A DNA stretch of 64,000 nucleotides from Bdellovibrionales bacterium (GTDB taxonomy: Bacteria > Bdellovibrionota > Bdellovibrionia > Bdellovibrionales > JAGQZY01). Location of the stretch: contig CAXRHT010000003.1 in NCBI GenBank assembly GCA_964230645.1, positions 672,001-736,000 of the forward strand. Direction: 5' to 3'. The translations under genes were made by a program, and so were the position numbers. The notes under the pieces are model-generated. The model saw nothing but the letters and a program-made list of their open reading frames with translations. It was not told the origin of the DNA and searched no databases. Shown in pieces: positions 1 through 9,681 of this stretch (its first letter is position 1; each line of letters starts with the position of its first letter).

Positions 1-14
1 GAGGTTTTAGTAAA

Positions 15-1211
15 ATGGAAAAAGAAAAGTTACGTTCAAACATTCAGAAAGTTTTTTGGCTCAACGCTTTTTTTAGCTTCATGGTTTTGATGCCAGTTAT
101 AGTGCCTTTCTTTGAAAGTCGTGGTTTGGATATGAAGCAAATCTATGAACTTCAAGCCATTTTCGCTTTTATTGTTCTTATTTTGGAAGTTCCTTCCGGC
201 TATGTCTCTGACCTTTTGGGTCGGCGCAAAACCTTGATGACGGCTTGTAGTTTTCACAGTCTTGGCTTTGCGACAATGGCCTTGTCGGAAAATTTCAATC
301 ATATGATTTTAGCTGAGGTGTTTTTAGCACTAGCGATCAGTTTGTTTTCGGGAACAGACCTTTCTTTGCTTTATGACTCCATTGAAGCTCTTGGAGAAAA
401 AATGGCTCCCATTAAAATGGTGGGGCGAAATGTGTTCTTTCGCCAAGGAGGTGAAAGTGTAGCCGGGCTTCTTGGAGGCTGGCTTGTACTTTTTCATTTT
501 GAAGCTCCTGCGGTGGCTCAAGCCTTTGTAGGAATTATTCCTTTAGGAATTGCTTATACACTGTATGAACCACCGAGAATCACAATGAAGGGGAGAAAGC
601 ACCGAGAGAACTTCAGCTATATTTTCACATCTTTGTTTAGAAACTCGAAAATTCTAAACCTTATACTGATAAACGGTATCTTTTATAGTTTCGTCACACT
701 CGTGGCTGTGTGGAGTTTTCAAAAATATTGGCAATCTCTTGATGTCTCTCTTTTCTGGTTTGGTTACCTTTGGTTTGCCATTAATATTGTGGTGGGGCTT
801 GTAGGTAGGCAGGCTCATAAAGTGGAAAAACGTTTAGGAACCGAAATTACATTGGTCCTTATCGGTCTTCTACCAATTATCGGTTTTTTCGGAATGTCGT
901 GGATGACCGGAGTTTTGGGAATCGCTTTTTGTTTTAGCTTTCAGGTTTGTCGAGGACTGAATTCAGTTATTTTCGCCGACGCTCTTAATAAAAGAGTTAA
1001 AGGGGATATGAGAGCCACCGCGAACTCTATAATGGGTCTGGGAACGCGTATTCTTATGATTGGTATTGGACCACTCGTTGGTAGTCAAATTGATGCCAAG
1101 GGATTAGATGTGACTTATGAAGGCTTAGGAATTCTTTATATCGGAGTTTTTGTTTTTTTACTCTTTCCATTACTCCGTTTAAGAAAGCAGTTTGCGCCAA
1201 TTCCAGGTTAG
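15..1211 (+). CDS. MFS transporter
   Basis: 398 aa with about 12 hydrophobic segments; MFS motif A-like EVPSGYVSDLLGRRK; RBS GAGG upstream. Confidence 0.9.
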   Translation: MEKEKLRSNIQKVFWLNAFFSFMVLMPVIVPFFESRGLDMKQIYELQAIFAFIVLILEVPSGYVSDLLGRRKTLMTACSFHSLGFATMALSENFNHMILAEVFLALAISLFSGTDLSLLYDSIEALGEKMAPIKMVGRNVFFRQGGESVAGLLGGWLVLFHFEAPAVAQAFVGIIPLGIAYTLYEPPRITMKGRKHRENFSYIFTSLFRNSKILNLILINGIFYSFVTLVAVWSFQKYWQSLDVSLFWFGYLWFAINIVVGLVGRQAHKVEKRLGTEITLVLIGLLPIIGFFGMSWMTGVLGIAFCFSFQVCRGLNSVIFADALNKRVKGDMRATANSIMGLGTRILMIGIGPLVGSQIDAKGLDVTYEGLGILYIGVFVFLLFPLLRLRKQFAPIPG

Positions 1212-2233
1212 AGAAGGTTCTGGCCTTTTTCCATTTTTCGACTCTCTTGGGTCTGCCTTTGAATTTCACTGGTCTCACTGGAGATATCAATGAAATCGGG
1301 CTCGCTGAAGCTCGATGGGTTTTCCTCTGTCTTTTTTGTGGGAGTGGTATGAGCCTCCGTTTTTGATATTTCAAGAGGGTTGGCAAAAACAATTTCACGG
1401 GCATCATCAGGCATAGACACTTGCGCGGCCATTAAGTCTTCTTTCACCGCCTGAATGACGATTGATCTTATCTTAATAAGAGAATGATCAACGGCATTGA
1501 ACCAAAAATAAACTTTTAAGTTAACCGTGGCTGAGCCGAGGTTTTCAACACAGACTAAGGGGGCAGGGTCTTGAAGAATCATTTCGGAAAAGCCCTCAAG
1601 CCTTTTGAGAATTATTTCCCTAACTTTGTTTATGGAGTCTTCATAACCGATCCCAACAGTGAAGTTGGTGCGCATTTTTGGATTGTTAGTGAAGTTTTTA
1701 ATGGTGGTTGAGTAAACATCCGCATTGGGTATTGAGATGTTGTTGCCGTCAAGGTCCATGATAAGAGTACTTCTTGAGTTCACTCCTTGAACCACACCCT
1801 CGCGTCCGTTGATTTCCACGAAATCACCGACTCGAAAGACTTTGCGAAGGCTCAAAATGATTCCTGCGATATAATTTTCAAAAGTCCCTCGGAGAGCCAG
1901 CCCAAGCCCAAGCCCTAGAACCCCGGTTCCTCCAACGAGTGTGAAAGCAAGCCCCGTGAGACCACTTGTTCTCAGTGATAAAAATAGACCTAAAAGAAAA
2001 AATACGAGAAAGAAAACATTGGTGATCGCTCTTACGGCCAAAGGGTTTGTGCCCTTACTAATGAGTCTCTTTTTAAGAAGTTGCCTAATGAACCATGCCA
2101 CTAGCAAAAAGACGGTAAAGACTAGGATGGCCGATAGGATATAGGGAAGGTGTTTTATAAACCCTTTAGAAATTTCTTCGAATTCAACGAGAGCGGGGGC
2201 GAAAAGATCATCCCCTGATTTTAAGTTTTCCAT
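1208..2233 (-). CDS. Small-conductance mechanosensitive channel (MscS family)
   Basis: Three TM helices, GLGLGLALRGTFENYIAG, F..GDFVEI..EGVV and IPN motifs. Confidence 0.9.
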   Translation of the reverse strand: MENLKSGDDLFAPALVEFEEISKGFIKHLPYILSAILVFTVFLLVAWFIRQLLKKRLISKGTNPLAVRAITNVFFLVFFLLGLFLSLRTSGLTGLAFTLVGGTGVLGLGLGLALRGTFENYIAGIILSLRKVFRVGDFVEINGREGVVQGVNSRSTLIMDLDGNNISIPNADVYSTTIKNFTNNPKMRTNFTVGIGYEDSINKVREIILKRLEGFSEMILQDPAPLVCVENLGSATVNLKVYFWFNAVDHSLIKIRSIVIQAVKEDLMAAQVSMPDDAREIVFANPLEISKTEAHTTPTKKTEENPSSFSEPDFIDISSETSEIQRQTQESRKMEKGQNLL

Positions 2234-2367
2234 AAATAAGATTTTTTAAAGGGTCACCATTTTCATATTTTGCTCCGTAGGGGCGTTGATCTTGTCTCCT
2301 GTGAGATCGTTTTAGTTTTGAAGATCATTATCTCACTAGCAAGACTTCCAAAAACAAAAACCCAGCC

Positions 2368-3441
2368 CTATCCTAGGGTTCCAGTGGACACATCTTGCTT
2401 ATCGGGGCGGCCTTTGTAAAGGGATGTTAGCTGACCACAGGCAGCAAAGATGTCGCGCCCCATAGTGCGTCGTATGGTGACGTGAAAGCCCTTATCCAAA
2501 AGGTAACGCTGGAATTGGAACACACGGGAACGAGGCGGTCTTTGATAACCGGAATCGGGGTGTTCGTTAAAGGGGATAAGATTGACTTTACAGGGCACAT
2601 CTTTAATCAGTTGTGCCACTTGCTTAGCGTGATCAATGTGATCAGTGACGTCTTTTAAAAGAACATACTCAAAAGTAATCCGATCTCTTGTGATCTCTGC
2701 GTGGTCTTTACAGGCTTCCATAAGCTGAGAGAGAGGATATTTTTTATTGATCGGCATAATGTCGTTACGGATTTCATCATTGGGTGCATTAAGACTGATC
2801 GCAAGACGTGTCCCCGATTGGGTGACGAGTGGAATCTGAGGGACCAACCCTGAAGTTGAAACCGTAATCTTTTTACGACCCACGTTGAGTCCATAATCGG
2901 ATTTAAAAATCTCGATGGCATCAAAGACAGCCTTAGTATTGTCGAGTGGCTCACCCATCCCCATAAAAACGATATTGCTGATGCGTTTATCACCCATATC
3001 TCTTTTTACTTGCAGAAACTGACCCACGATCTCACCAGCCGTAAGCCGTCTTTTTAGTTTTTGCTTTCCAGTAAAACAAAACTTACAGGCCATATTGCAG
3101 CCCACTTCGGAAGAAAGACAAAGAGTCATGCGGTCGTCAGATGGAATCATCACCGCTTCCACAGTTTTGAAATCACCAATATCAAAAAGGTATTTACGTG
3201 TCCCATCCACACTAATGCGACGATCCACCATTTTGGGAAGATTAAAGTCGAAATAGTCAAAAAGGCGCCTGCGGAATTCCTTAGAGATATTTGTCATCTG
3301 CTCAGGATCGAGCACTTCTTTTTCGTAGACCCATTTAAAAATCTGCTGAGCCCGAAACTTCTCTTTCCCAAGCCCCATAAAGTGCTCTTGAAGCGCAGGC
3401 AGAGTCATCGAATAAAAATCAGCTTTCTGGGTAGTTTCCAT
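2368..3441 (-). CDS. rlmN: Dual-specificity RNA methyltransferase RlmN (radical SAM)
   Basis: CNMACKFC radical-SAM motif, VFMGMGEP, VNLIPFN, DIFAACGQL. Confidence 0.96.
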   Translation of the reverse strand: METTQKADFYSMTLPALQEHFMGLGKEKFRAQQIFKWVYEKEVLDPEQMTNISKEFRRRLFDYFDFNLPKMVDRRISVDGTRKYLFDIGDFKTVEAVMIPSDDRMTLCLSSEVGCNMACKFCFTGKQKLKRRLTAGEIVGQFLQVKRDMGDKRISNIVFMGMGEPLDNTKAVFDAIEIFKSDYGLNVGRKKITVSTSGLVPQIPLVTQSGTRLAISLNAPNDEIRNDIMPINKKYPLSQLMEACKDHAEITRDRITFEYVLLKDVTDHIDHAKQVAQLIKDVPCKVNLIPFNEHPDSGYQRPPRSRVFQFQRYLLDKGFHVTIRRTMGRDIFAACGQLTSLYKGRPDKQDVSTGTLG

Positions 3442-3713
3442 AGCTTGGACCTAACACAACCGCACTATTTCTGGCTACAACCATTATAAAAATGCCATAA
3501 ATGTACAAAATAACGACTGAATCCCTCTTTAGCCACCATGTACCTAATAGAAGCTAAACCTACAGAGTAAACGAGGGCTGTGAAATCGAAACGGTCAGCT
3601 TGACCATGGATCAACGCCTCTAAGAGCCTAAATCCCGCCAAAATTTATGAGATTTTTTAATTAATAACCCTTCCCACCCTAGAGTAACTAAAGAAGTCTC
3701 AATCGATCCACGA

Positions 3714-3843
3714 TAGGGAATTTGGGAGAATATGGGCAGAAAATAAACCTCCTAAAAGCGGACGCGTTTTCGGCCAAAGGGCGAAATTTAGGTTAGGCAG
3801 GAGCCGCGGTTTATTTTCTGCCCATATTCTCCCAAATTCCCTA
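3714..3843. repeat. Long intergenic inverted repeat (36-bp perfect arms, 58-bp structured spacer)
   Basis: 3714-3749 tagggaatttgggagaatatgggcagaaaataaacc is the exact reverse complement of 3808-3843. Confidence 0.95.
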
Positions 3844-3876
3844 ACGAGGACCCTCGATCGAGCGAACCCCCCAGTT

Positions 3877-4878
3877 CTAGAGCTGCTCCAACGACTCACG
3901 CAGCTCAGAAAGCTGACAAGCCACCGCCCCAACGTGCCCAACAACCACACCAGCCGCCATATTAGCAAAAAAGGCCGATTCCCGAAGCTCCCAGCCAGCC
4001 CCCATTCCAAGAGAATAGGCGGCGATAACGGTATCTCCAGCTCCCGTGACATCAAAGACCTTTTTGGCAAAGGTAGGGAGGTGAAAAGTTCCTTGGTCAT
4101 CGAAGATTTTCACTCCCTCAGGGCCAAGGGTAATTACCATTTGAGGTGCCTCAATGGACTTCATGAGTTCTAATCCAATGGCGTCCACATTCTCCCAAAT
4201 TTCAGGTTTAGGGATTTGCTTAGCAAGCTCTAAGGCTTCGTCTCGGTTAGGGGTCATAAAATGAGCACCCTTATAGGCTTTAAGAGCGGTGCTGCGGTAG
4301 GGATCGACAAGAACGGGTTTACCGAGGCTTTTAGCTTTTTCGATCACCCACTGAGAGGTGTATTCGTTGATAAGTCCTTTAGCGTAATCTTGAATGATAA
4401 CCCCATCACAGAGCTTCATTTGTTCTTCTATTTTTCCTGCGTATTGATCAAGGAGGTCCTTGGAAACAGCTTTCTTCGATTCATAATCCACACGCACGAT
4501 GTGGTGGTGCCCCGTCATGACTCGCAATTTGCTCGTGGTTTGGCGACTGGGATCGACCATCAAGAAATCCGGTGAAATTTCACTTTGTTTAAGAAGATCT
4601 TTGAGACTCTCTGCGTTCTGATCCTCTCCAATGGTGGAAAAAAGAAGGGGCTCTCCCCCGAGAGACTTCACATTGGCAGCCACGTTCCCTGAAAGGCCTA
4701 GCTTCTTGTCAGTGCCGTCCACTTCAAGTACGGGAACAGGAGCCTCGGGGCTAATTCGACTGACCTGTCCTTTGACGTATTCGTCGATACCAATATCGCC
4801 AAAAATAAAGATTTTTTTTCCCTCTATTTGAGTGAGGTTTCCTAGCAGATTTTTACTCATTTGTTTTAAGTCGACCAT
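3877..4878 (-). CDS. rfaE1: D-glycero-beta-D-manno-heptose-7-phosphate kinase (RfaE domain I / HldA, PfkB family)
   Basis: RISPEAPVPV, DYAKG, TPN, VFDVTGAGDTV motifs. Confidence 0.92.
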   Translation of the reverse strand: MVDLKQMSKNLLGNLTQIEGKKIFIFGDIGIDEYVKGQVSRISPEAPVPVLEVDGTDKKLGLSGNVAANVKSLGGEPLLFSTIGEDQNAESLKDLLKQSEISPDFLMVDPSRQTTSKLRVMTGHHHIVRVDYESKKAVSKDLLDQYAGKIEEQMKLCDGVIIQDYAKGLINEYTSQWVIEKAKSLGKPVLVDPYRSTALKAYKGAHFMTPNRDEALELAKQIPKPEIWENVDAIGLELMKSIEAPQMVITLGPEGVKIFDDQGTFHLPTFAKKVFDVTGAGDTVIAAYSLGMGAGWELRESAFFANMAAGVVVGHVGAVACQLSELRESLEQL

Positions 4879-5037
4879 CTCTCGTGTATAGCGGTTTTAG
4901 GGCCATAAAGCGAGGCCCTCGCCCTATTTCGATGACGCAGGATAGATACTGTGCGCTATCAGTTGAGATCGACAAGAGCGGAGGGGATGATGTACTAACT
5001 TTGCAAATTTTTAATGGGATTGCTCCTTGGAGGCCAT

Positions 5038-6297
5038 GTGGAAAATCTAATATCAGGTCAATTATTTAAAAACGTTATGGCGTCGCTTGAAAACGCCGCG
5101 GATCTCATCAATTGTGATCCTAATGTTCTGATACGGTTGAAGCAGCCCAGGCGTTCCATGATTTTTAGTATTCCCGTTCGTATGGACGACGGAAATGTAA
5201 AAGTTTTTAGTGGTTACCGCGTGCAGTACTCCTCTTCTCTGGGGCCATTCAAAGGGGGAATTCGATACCACCAAGATGTGAATCTCAGTGAAGTGGCCGG
5301 TCTTGCCGCTCTTATGACTTTTAAAACCTCTCTTTTGAATCTTCCACTCGGTGGAGCCAAAGGGGGCGTGCGAGTGAATCCCGGAGAGCTTTCAAGAACA
5401 GAAAAACAAAGTTTGACTCGTCGATTTACTACAGAGCTAGGTCCTTTTATTGGACCACACGAAGATATCCCAGCTCCTGATATGGGAACGGACCCACAGA
5501 CAATGGCTTGGATGATGGACACTTACTCTCAGCAAAAAGGTTTCGCGCAACCGGGAGTGGTTACAGGAAAGCCTGTCGATATTGGTGGATCTCTTGGAAG
5601 AAATAGCTCCACCGGACACGGTGTGATTTATGTAGCCAAACAAGCCTGCGAGGCCAAAGGCATCGAATTTGAACAGTCAACGATCGCGGTTCAAGGTTTT
5701 GGTAACGTGGGACAACACGCCTGTAATTTGGCCTATAAGATGGGTGCAAAGGTGGTGGCAGTTAGTGATGTCAGTGGTGGGATCTACAACCCTGAAGGAT
5801 TGGATATCCCTGAATTGCTAAGGTATGTGAAGGAAAACAAAGTGGTCAAAGGCTTCCACGGAGCTGAGACGATTACCAACGCTGAGCTTCTTGAACTCGA
5901 GGTCACAATACTGGCTCCTTGTGCCCTTGATGGAGTGATCAATGAAAAGAACGTGGATAATGTGAAAGCAAAAATCATCGTCGAAGGAGCGAACGGACCT
6001 ACCACTATGAGTGCTGATAAGGTGCTTGATGAAAAGGGAACTTTGGTTGTGCCGGATATCTTGGCCAACGGTGGTGGTGTGATTGTGAGTTACTTCGAGT
6101 GGGTGCAGGACGTTCAGAACTATTATTGGGACGAAGAAGCTGTCGAAGAGAATATGCAAAAAACGATCACTAAAGCTTTTCAAAAGGTCTTAAAGTTTCA
6201 TCAAGAGGAAAACGTAAGCTTCAGGTCATCGGCTATGGCTGTCTCGGTTAGGCATCTTGAAAAAGCGATGCTCCTTAGAGGTCTTTATCCTCGATGA
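5038..6297 (+). CDS. gdhA: Glu/Leu/Phe/Val dehydrogenase (glutamate dehydrogenase)
   Basis: GPFKGGIRY, GGAKGG, DIPAPD, VQGFGNVG, EGANGP; GTG start at 5038 chosen for its GGAGG RBS (ORF track starts 5014). Confidence 0.93.
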   Translation: MENLISGQLFKNVMASLENAADLINCDPNVLIRLKQPRRSMIFSIPVRMDDGNVKVFSGYRVQYSSSLGPFKGGIRYHQDVNLSEVAGLAALMTFKTSLLNLPLGGAKGGVRVNPGELSRTEKQSLTRRFTTELGPFIGPHEDIPAPDMGTDPQTMAWMMDTYSQQKGFAQPGVVTGKPVDIGGSLGRNSSTGHGVIYVAKQACEAKGIEFEQSTIAVQGFGNVGQHACNLAYKMGAKVVAVSDVSGGIYNPEGLDIPELLRYVKENKVVKGFHGAETITNAELLELEVTILAPCALDGVINEKNVDNVKAKIIVEGANGPTTMSADKVLDEKGTLVVPDILANGGGVIVSYFEWVQDVQNYYWDEEAVEENMQKTITKAFQKVLKFHQEENVSFRSSAMAVSVRHLEKAMLLRGLYPR

Positions 6298-7301
6298 CCC
6301 CAGAGAGAACCAGTCGTCTATTTCGCCCGTGGTTATGGCTGCCTTCTCGTTTGGCTCATGATTTAGCTCCTTACACTCTTCCACTTGCGGCAAAGCTTTT
6401 TCAAAAGGGAAGTTATGAGTATCGTCCTTTACAGTGGCGAGGCCTCACCTTTAAAAACCCCATGGGATTAGCTGGGGGTGCTGATAAATCTGGTAAAAGT
6501 TTAAAAGCTTGGGAAAGTTTAGGTGTGGGGTTTCTTGAAGTAGGAACAGTCACTCCCAAGCCTCAGGGGCCCAATCCCGGTAAGATCATGGACCGAGACC
6601 TTAAGCACTCAGCTCTTTGGAATAAAATGGGGTTTCCTAATCCCGGTCTTGAAACTTTGGTTTCACAGCTCGAAAGGAAAAGCTTCAAAGTTCCCCTGTT
6701 TATAAATATTGGTAAAAACCGGTGGACGAAAAACGAAGAGGCCTATCTTGATTATGCGGCTTGTATGAAAGGCTTATACAAGTTTGCCGATGCTTTTGTG
6801 GTGAATCTAAGCAGTCCCAATACGAAAGGTCTTCGCGATCTTCTTGAAAAAAAGCCTCTGCAAGAGTTCCTAGAAAATACGGCCGGGCAAATGAAAGAGC
6901 TAAAAATAGAAAAACCTCTTTTGTTGAAGTTAAGCCCCGATATGGCTCCGGAGGCATTGCAAGCAACCCTTGAGAACTCCGCCAGTTTTGTGGATGGATG
7001 GATATTAACCAACACCACAAAGTCTCGTTTTCCCGGATGTCCTTTTCCAGAAGAAGAGGGAGGCCTCTCTGGAGCGCCTTTAAAAACTTTATCTCTACAG
7101 GCGCTCAAGACAGCTCAGCCGATAAAGAAAAAAAATCCCGATAAGCTTTTGATTTCTGTGGGTGGTATTGGGAGTGCGGAAGATGTCAAAGAGCGACTTG
7201 AGTGCGGGGCTGATCTTGTGCAGTGCTATTCGGCACTCGTCTTTCACGGCCCTGGATTTTTCAAGAATGTTTTAAGTCAGCTGCAATCAAATCAATCTTA
7301 A
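6294..7301 (+). CDS. pyrD: Quinone-dependent dihydroorotate dehydrogenase
   Basis: NPMGLAGGADK, NKMGFPN, NLSSPNT, LLKLSPD, TNTT, GGLSG; ATGA overlap with gdhA stop. Confidence 0.93.
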   Translation: MTPERTSRLFRPWLWLPSRLAHDLAPYTLPLAAKLFQKGSYEYRPLQWRGLTFKNPMGLAGGADKSGKSLKAWESLGVGFLEVGTVTPKPQGPNPGKIMDRDLKHSALWNKMGFPNPGLETLVSQLERKSFKVPLFINIGKNRWTKNEEAYLDYAACMKGLYKFADAFVVNLSSPNTKGLRDLLEKKPLQEFLENTAGQMKELKIEKPLLLKLSPDMAPEALQATLENSASFVDGWILTNTTKSRFPGCPFPEEEGGLSGAPLKTLSLQALKTAQPIKKKNPDKLLISVGGIGSAEDVKERLECGADLVQCYSALVFHGPGFFKNVLSQLQSNQS

Positions 7302-7368
7302 AAAGAAATGGCATAAGACCATGAGTCAGACCATGACAGGTTGGACTCGCTGGGATAACCTATAAAAC

Positions 7369-7779
7369 ATGGCTCATAAAAGACCCACATGGATACCTGT
7401 TGTTACTGCGATGATTCGTAAGGGCCCCTATGTGCTCGTTGGCCAGCGTCCCGAGGGGCACACCCTAGCAGGCCAGTGGGAGTTTCCAGGGGGCAAGGTA
7501 GAAATTGGAGAATCACCCGAAGAGGCCCTGGCAAGGGAGCTTCAAGAAGAGTTGGGAATTGAAGCCGAAATTGGTTCTATAAAAATGGCCTGCACTCATT
7601 CCTACCCTGAAGTAGGAATTCTCCTCGTCTTTTTTGAAGTACAATTTTGGAAAGGGGAGCCCAAACCTGTTCATCATTCTGACCTAAAATGGGTTCTTCC
7701 CGAAGAATTGAAAAAACTCAACATCCCAGAAGCCAATCGAAAACTCTTACCCACAATCCTAGATATCCTCTCTACCTAA
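7369..7779 (+). CDS. mutT: NUDIX (deoxy)nucleoside triphosphate pyrophosphohydrolase, MutT-like
   Basis: WEFPGGKVEIGESPEEALARELQEELG Nudix box. Confidence 0.88.
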   Translation: MAHKRPTWIPVVTAMIRKGPYVLVGQRPEGHTLAGQWEFPGGKVEIGESPEEALARELQEELGIEAEIGSIKMACTHSYPEVGILLVFFEVQFWKGEPKPVHHSDLKWVLPEELKKLNIPEANRKLLPTILDILST

Positions 7780-7781
7780 AA

Positions 7782-7901
7782 GTACCTGCTTCCCAATGGT
7801 AGCAATATCGCGTTACCCAAGGGCACCTGCTTCCCATTGGTAGCAATAGAGCGTTAATTTCCATCGATGACGCGGAAGCGCTACCAATGGGAAGCAGGTA
7901 C
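7782..7901. repeat. REP-like cluster: two direct copies and one inverted copy of a 22-24 bp unit
   Basis: acctgcttccca(a/t)tggtagcaata at 7784-7807 and 7825-7848 (41-bp period); inverted copy gctaccaatgggaagcaggtac at 7880-7901. Confidence 0.9.
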
Positions 7902-7944
7902 CTTTCCTTTCAAGCGGGAGGGTTTTTAGTTAGACTGGTTCTCT

Positions 7945-9201
7945 ATGGCCAAAAAGAAAGTGCCCCAAAAACTAAAAATCTGCCTTGTGGCTGAGAAGTT
8001 TCCCATTATTGGAAGAACTCATGCTCGTGGATTTATAGCACCCATCGCTACGGGCTTAGCGAGAGCGGGGCACGAGGTTTCGGTGATTGCGTGGAGCAAT
8101 CCTCTTGGAGAAACCGAAATCGAACAAGAGGGAATTAAAACTTATTTTGTGGCCGGAGCCAATTCTAGTCGCATTGGTCTTTTCCCGAGGCGAGTGCATC
8201 AAAAGTTCACTGAGCTTCACAAAAAAGAAAAATTTCATATTTTACACTCCCTCTCCCATGCGGCTTACCAGGTCAGCTCGGAGAGAAAGCAGCTGGGAAT
8301 CGCCGTAGCCTATGATGTTACGGCGACGAAGATGGCTGAGATTTTTTCAATTTATGGCCTGGCAGAGAACAGTGTTCCCAGTCAGCTCAAAACAGCCTAT
8401 AAAGTGGCCTATCATTTCTTAAAAACTTTTTATTTTAGAGACCGCAAGATCTTACGAAACGCCGATGGCGTTTTTGCTCATAGTCCTCAGCAGATGTTGG
8501 CTTTGGAACGTTATTATCTTTATCCCGAGCGAAAAAGCTTTAATATTCCCTATGGAATTGAAATCGAAGATCTCTCACCCAGACAGCGATCCGAAGAGTT
8601 AAGAGAAAAGCTTAAAATTCCAAAGTCAGCCAAAATCGCTGTGACAGTCACGGATATGATTGAAAAGCAGGACGTCATAAATATTCTAAGAGCTTTTCAA
8701 ACAGTAGCGACCAAAAAGCCATCCTCCCATCTAATTGTTGTGGGGAAGGGGCCAGCTTTCAAAGATATTGAGTATGAGCTTCTTACTCTGGCTTTGAGTA
8801 GTCATGTCACCTTGGTGGGCTCTGTTCCAGCCTTTGAAATTTCAAGTTATATCGATCTGGCTGATGTTTTTATCAATATTGGGGGACGCTCCAGTGGCTA
8901 TGATCCCAATTTGCTTGAGGCCATGATTCAAGAAAAAATCATCATTGGTTCAGAAGTGAGCCCCATTGCCACTGTTGTGGAAAACGGAGTGGATGGCTTC
9001 CTCATTCGACCCGCTGACACCTTCAGTCTTTCCGAGCTTCTATTGGGCCTTTTCTTAGACCAGATCAAGCCTGGGTTTATGGGGGAGAACGCTCGAAAAA
9101 AGGCTCTCGATATTTTTGATACCAAAAAGATGATTCAAGAGACCGTTGAGGCCTATGAAGACATCCTAAGCCGAACAAGATGGGTGCAACTTAAGCAATA
9201 A
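7945..9201 (+). CDS. Glycosyltransferase family 4 (GT-B) protein
   Basis: LARAGHEVSV, IPYGIE, LIVVGKGP, LLEAM, VENGVDGFLI motifs. Confidence 0.85.
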   Translation: MAKKKVPQKLKICLVAEKFPIIGRTHARGFIAPIATGLARAGHEVSVIAWSNPLGETEIEQEGIKTYFVAGANSSRIGLFPRRVHQKFTELHKKEKFHILHSLSHAAYQVSSERKQLGIAVAYDVTATKMAEIFSIYGLAENSVPSQLKTAYKVAYHFLKTFYFRDRKILRNADGVFAHSPQQMLALERYYLYPERKSFNIPYGIEIEDLSPRQRSEELREKLKIPKSAKIAVTVTDMIEKQDVINILRAFQTVATKKPSSHLIVVGKGPAFKDIEYELLTLALSSHVTLVGSVPAFEISSYIDLADVFINIGGRSSGYDPNLLEAMIQEKIIIGSEVSPIATVVENGVDGFLIRPADTFSLSELLLGLFLDQIKPGFMGENARKKALDIFDTKKMIQETVEAYEDILSRTRWVQLKQ

Positions 9202-9329
9202 CTTTGATTTGCTCAAATATTATGCAATCGCTAGCCCTTAGTCTTCGCATAATGCTTATTTCCTTGGTCTTCAGAGCAGGACTGGTATAATTTAATAAAT
9301 ATATTAATAAGTTAAAGGATGCCGACAAA

Positions 9330-9608
9330 ATGACAAAAGCCGACTTAATCAATCATATTTCTGAGAAATCTGGAATCACTCGGGTTAAAGCGGAAACAGT
9401 AGTGAACACTATTTTTGATTCCATGGTGGAAGCTCTGTTGAGAAATGATCGGATTGAAATCCGTGGTTTCGGCTCTTTTACCAATAAAGCCTACGATGCC
9501 TACCAAGGTCGTAATCCAAGAACAGGCGAAGTGATCCATGTTCCGGAAAAAAAGCTTCCCTTCTTTAAAGTGGGCAAAGAATTGAAAGAAGATATCAATA
9601 AAAGCTAA
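9330..9608 (+). CDS. HU/IHF family DNA-binding protein (IHF beta-like)
   Basis: MTKADLI, IEIRGFGSF, GRNPRTGE, PFFKVGKELK. Confidence 0.93.
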   Translation: MTKADLINHISEKSGITRVKAETVVNTIFDSMVEALLRNDRIEIRGFGSFTNKAYDAYQGRNPRTGEVIHVPEKKLPFFKVGKELKEDINKS

Positions 9609-9681
9609 TTTTTCCTGGGCCTAGGCCCGGTTCCTTTCGTTTTACATCATTCTTTTTCGATATTTACCGATATAGAATCTG

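Noticed and set aside
3699..4100. 133-aa ORF across the inverted repeat (likewise 30071-30382, 54534-54749, 54690-54881)
   Set aside because: Shadow frames over real genes and palindromes; no protein-like features.
7782..7901. Possible mini CRISPR array
   Set aside because: Only two direct copies with a 17-bp, partly similar spacer, the third copy is inverted, and there are no cas genes; fits a REP-like cluster better.
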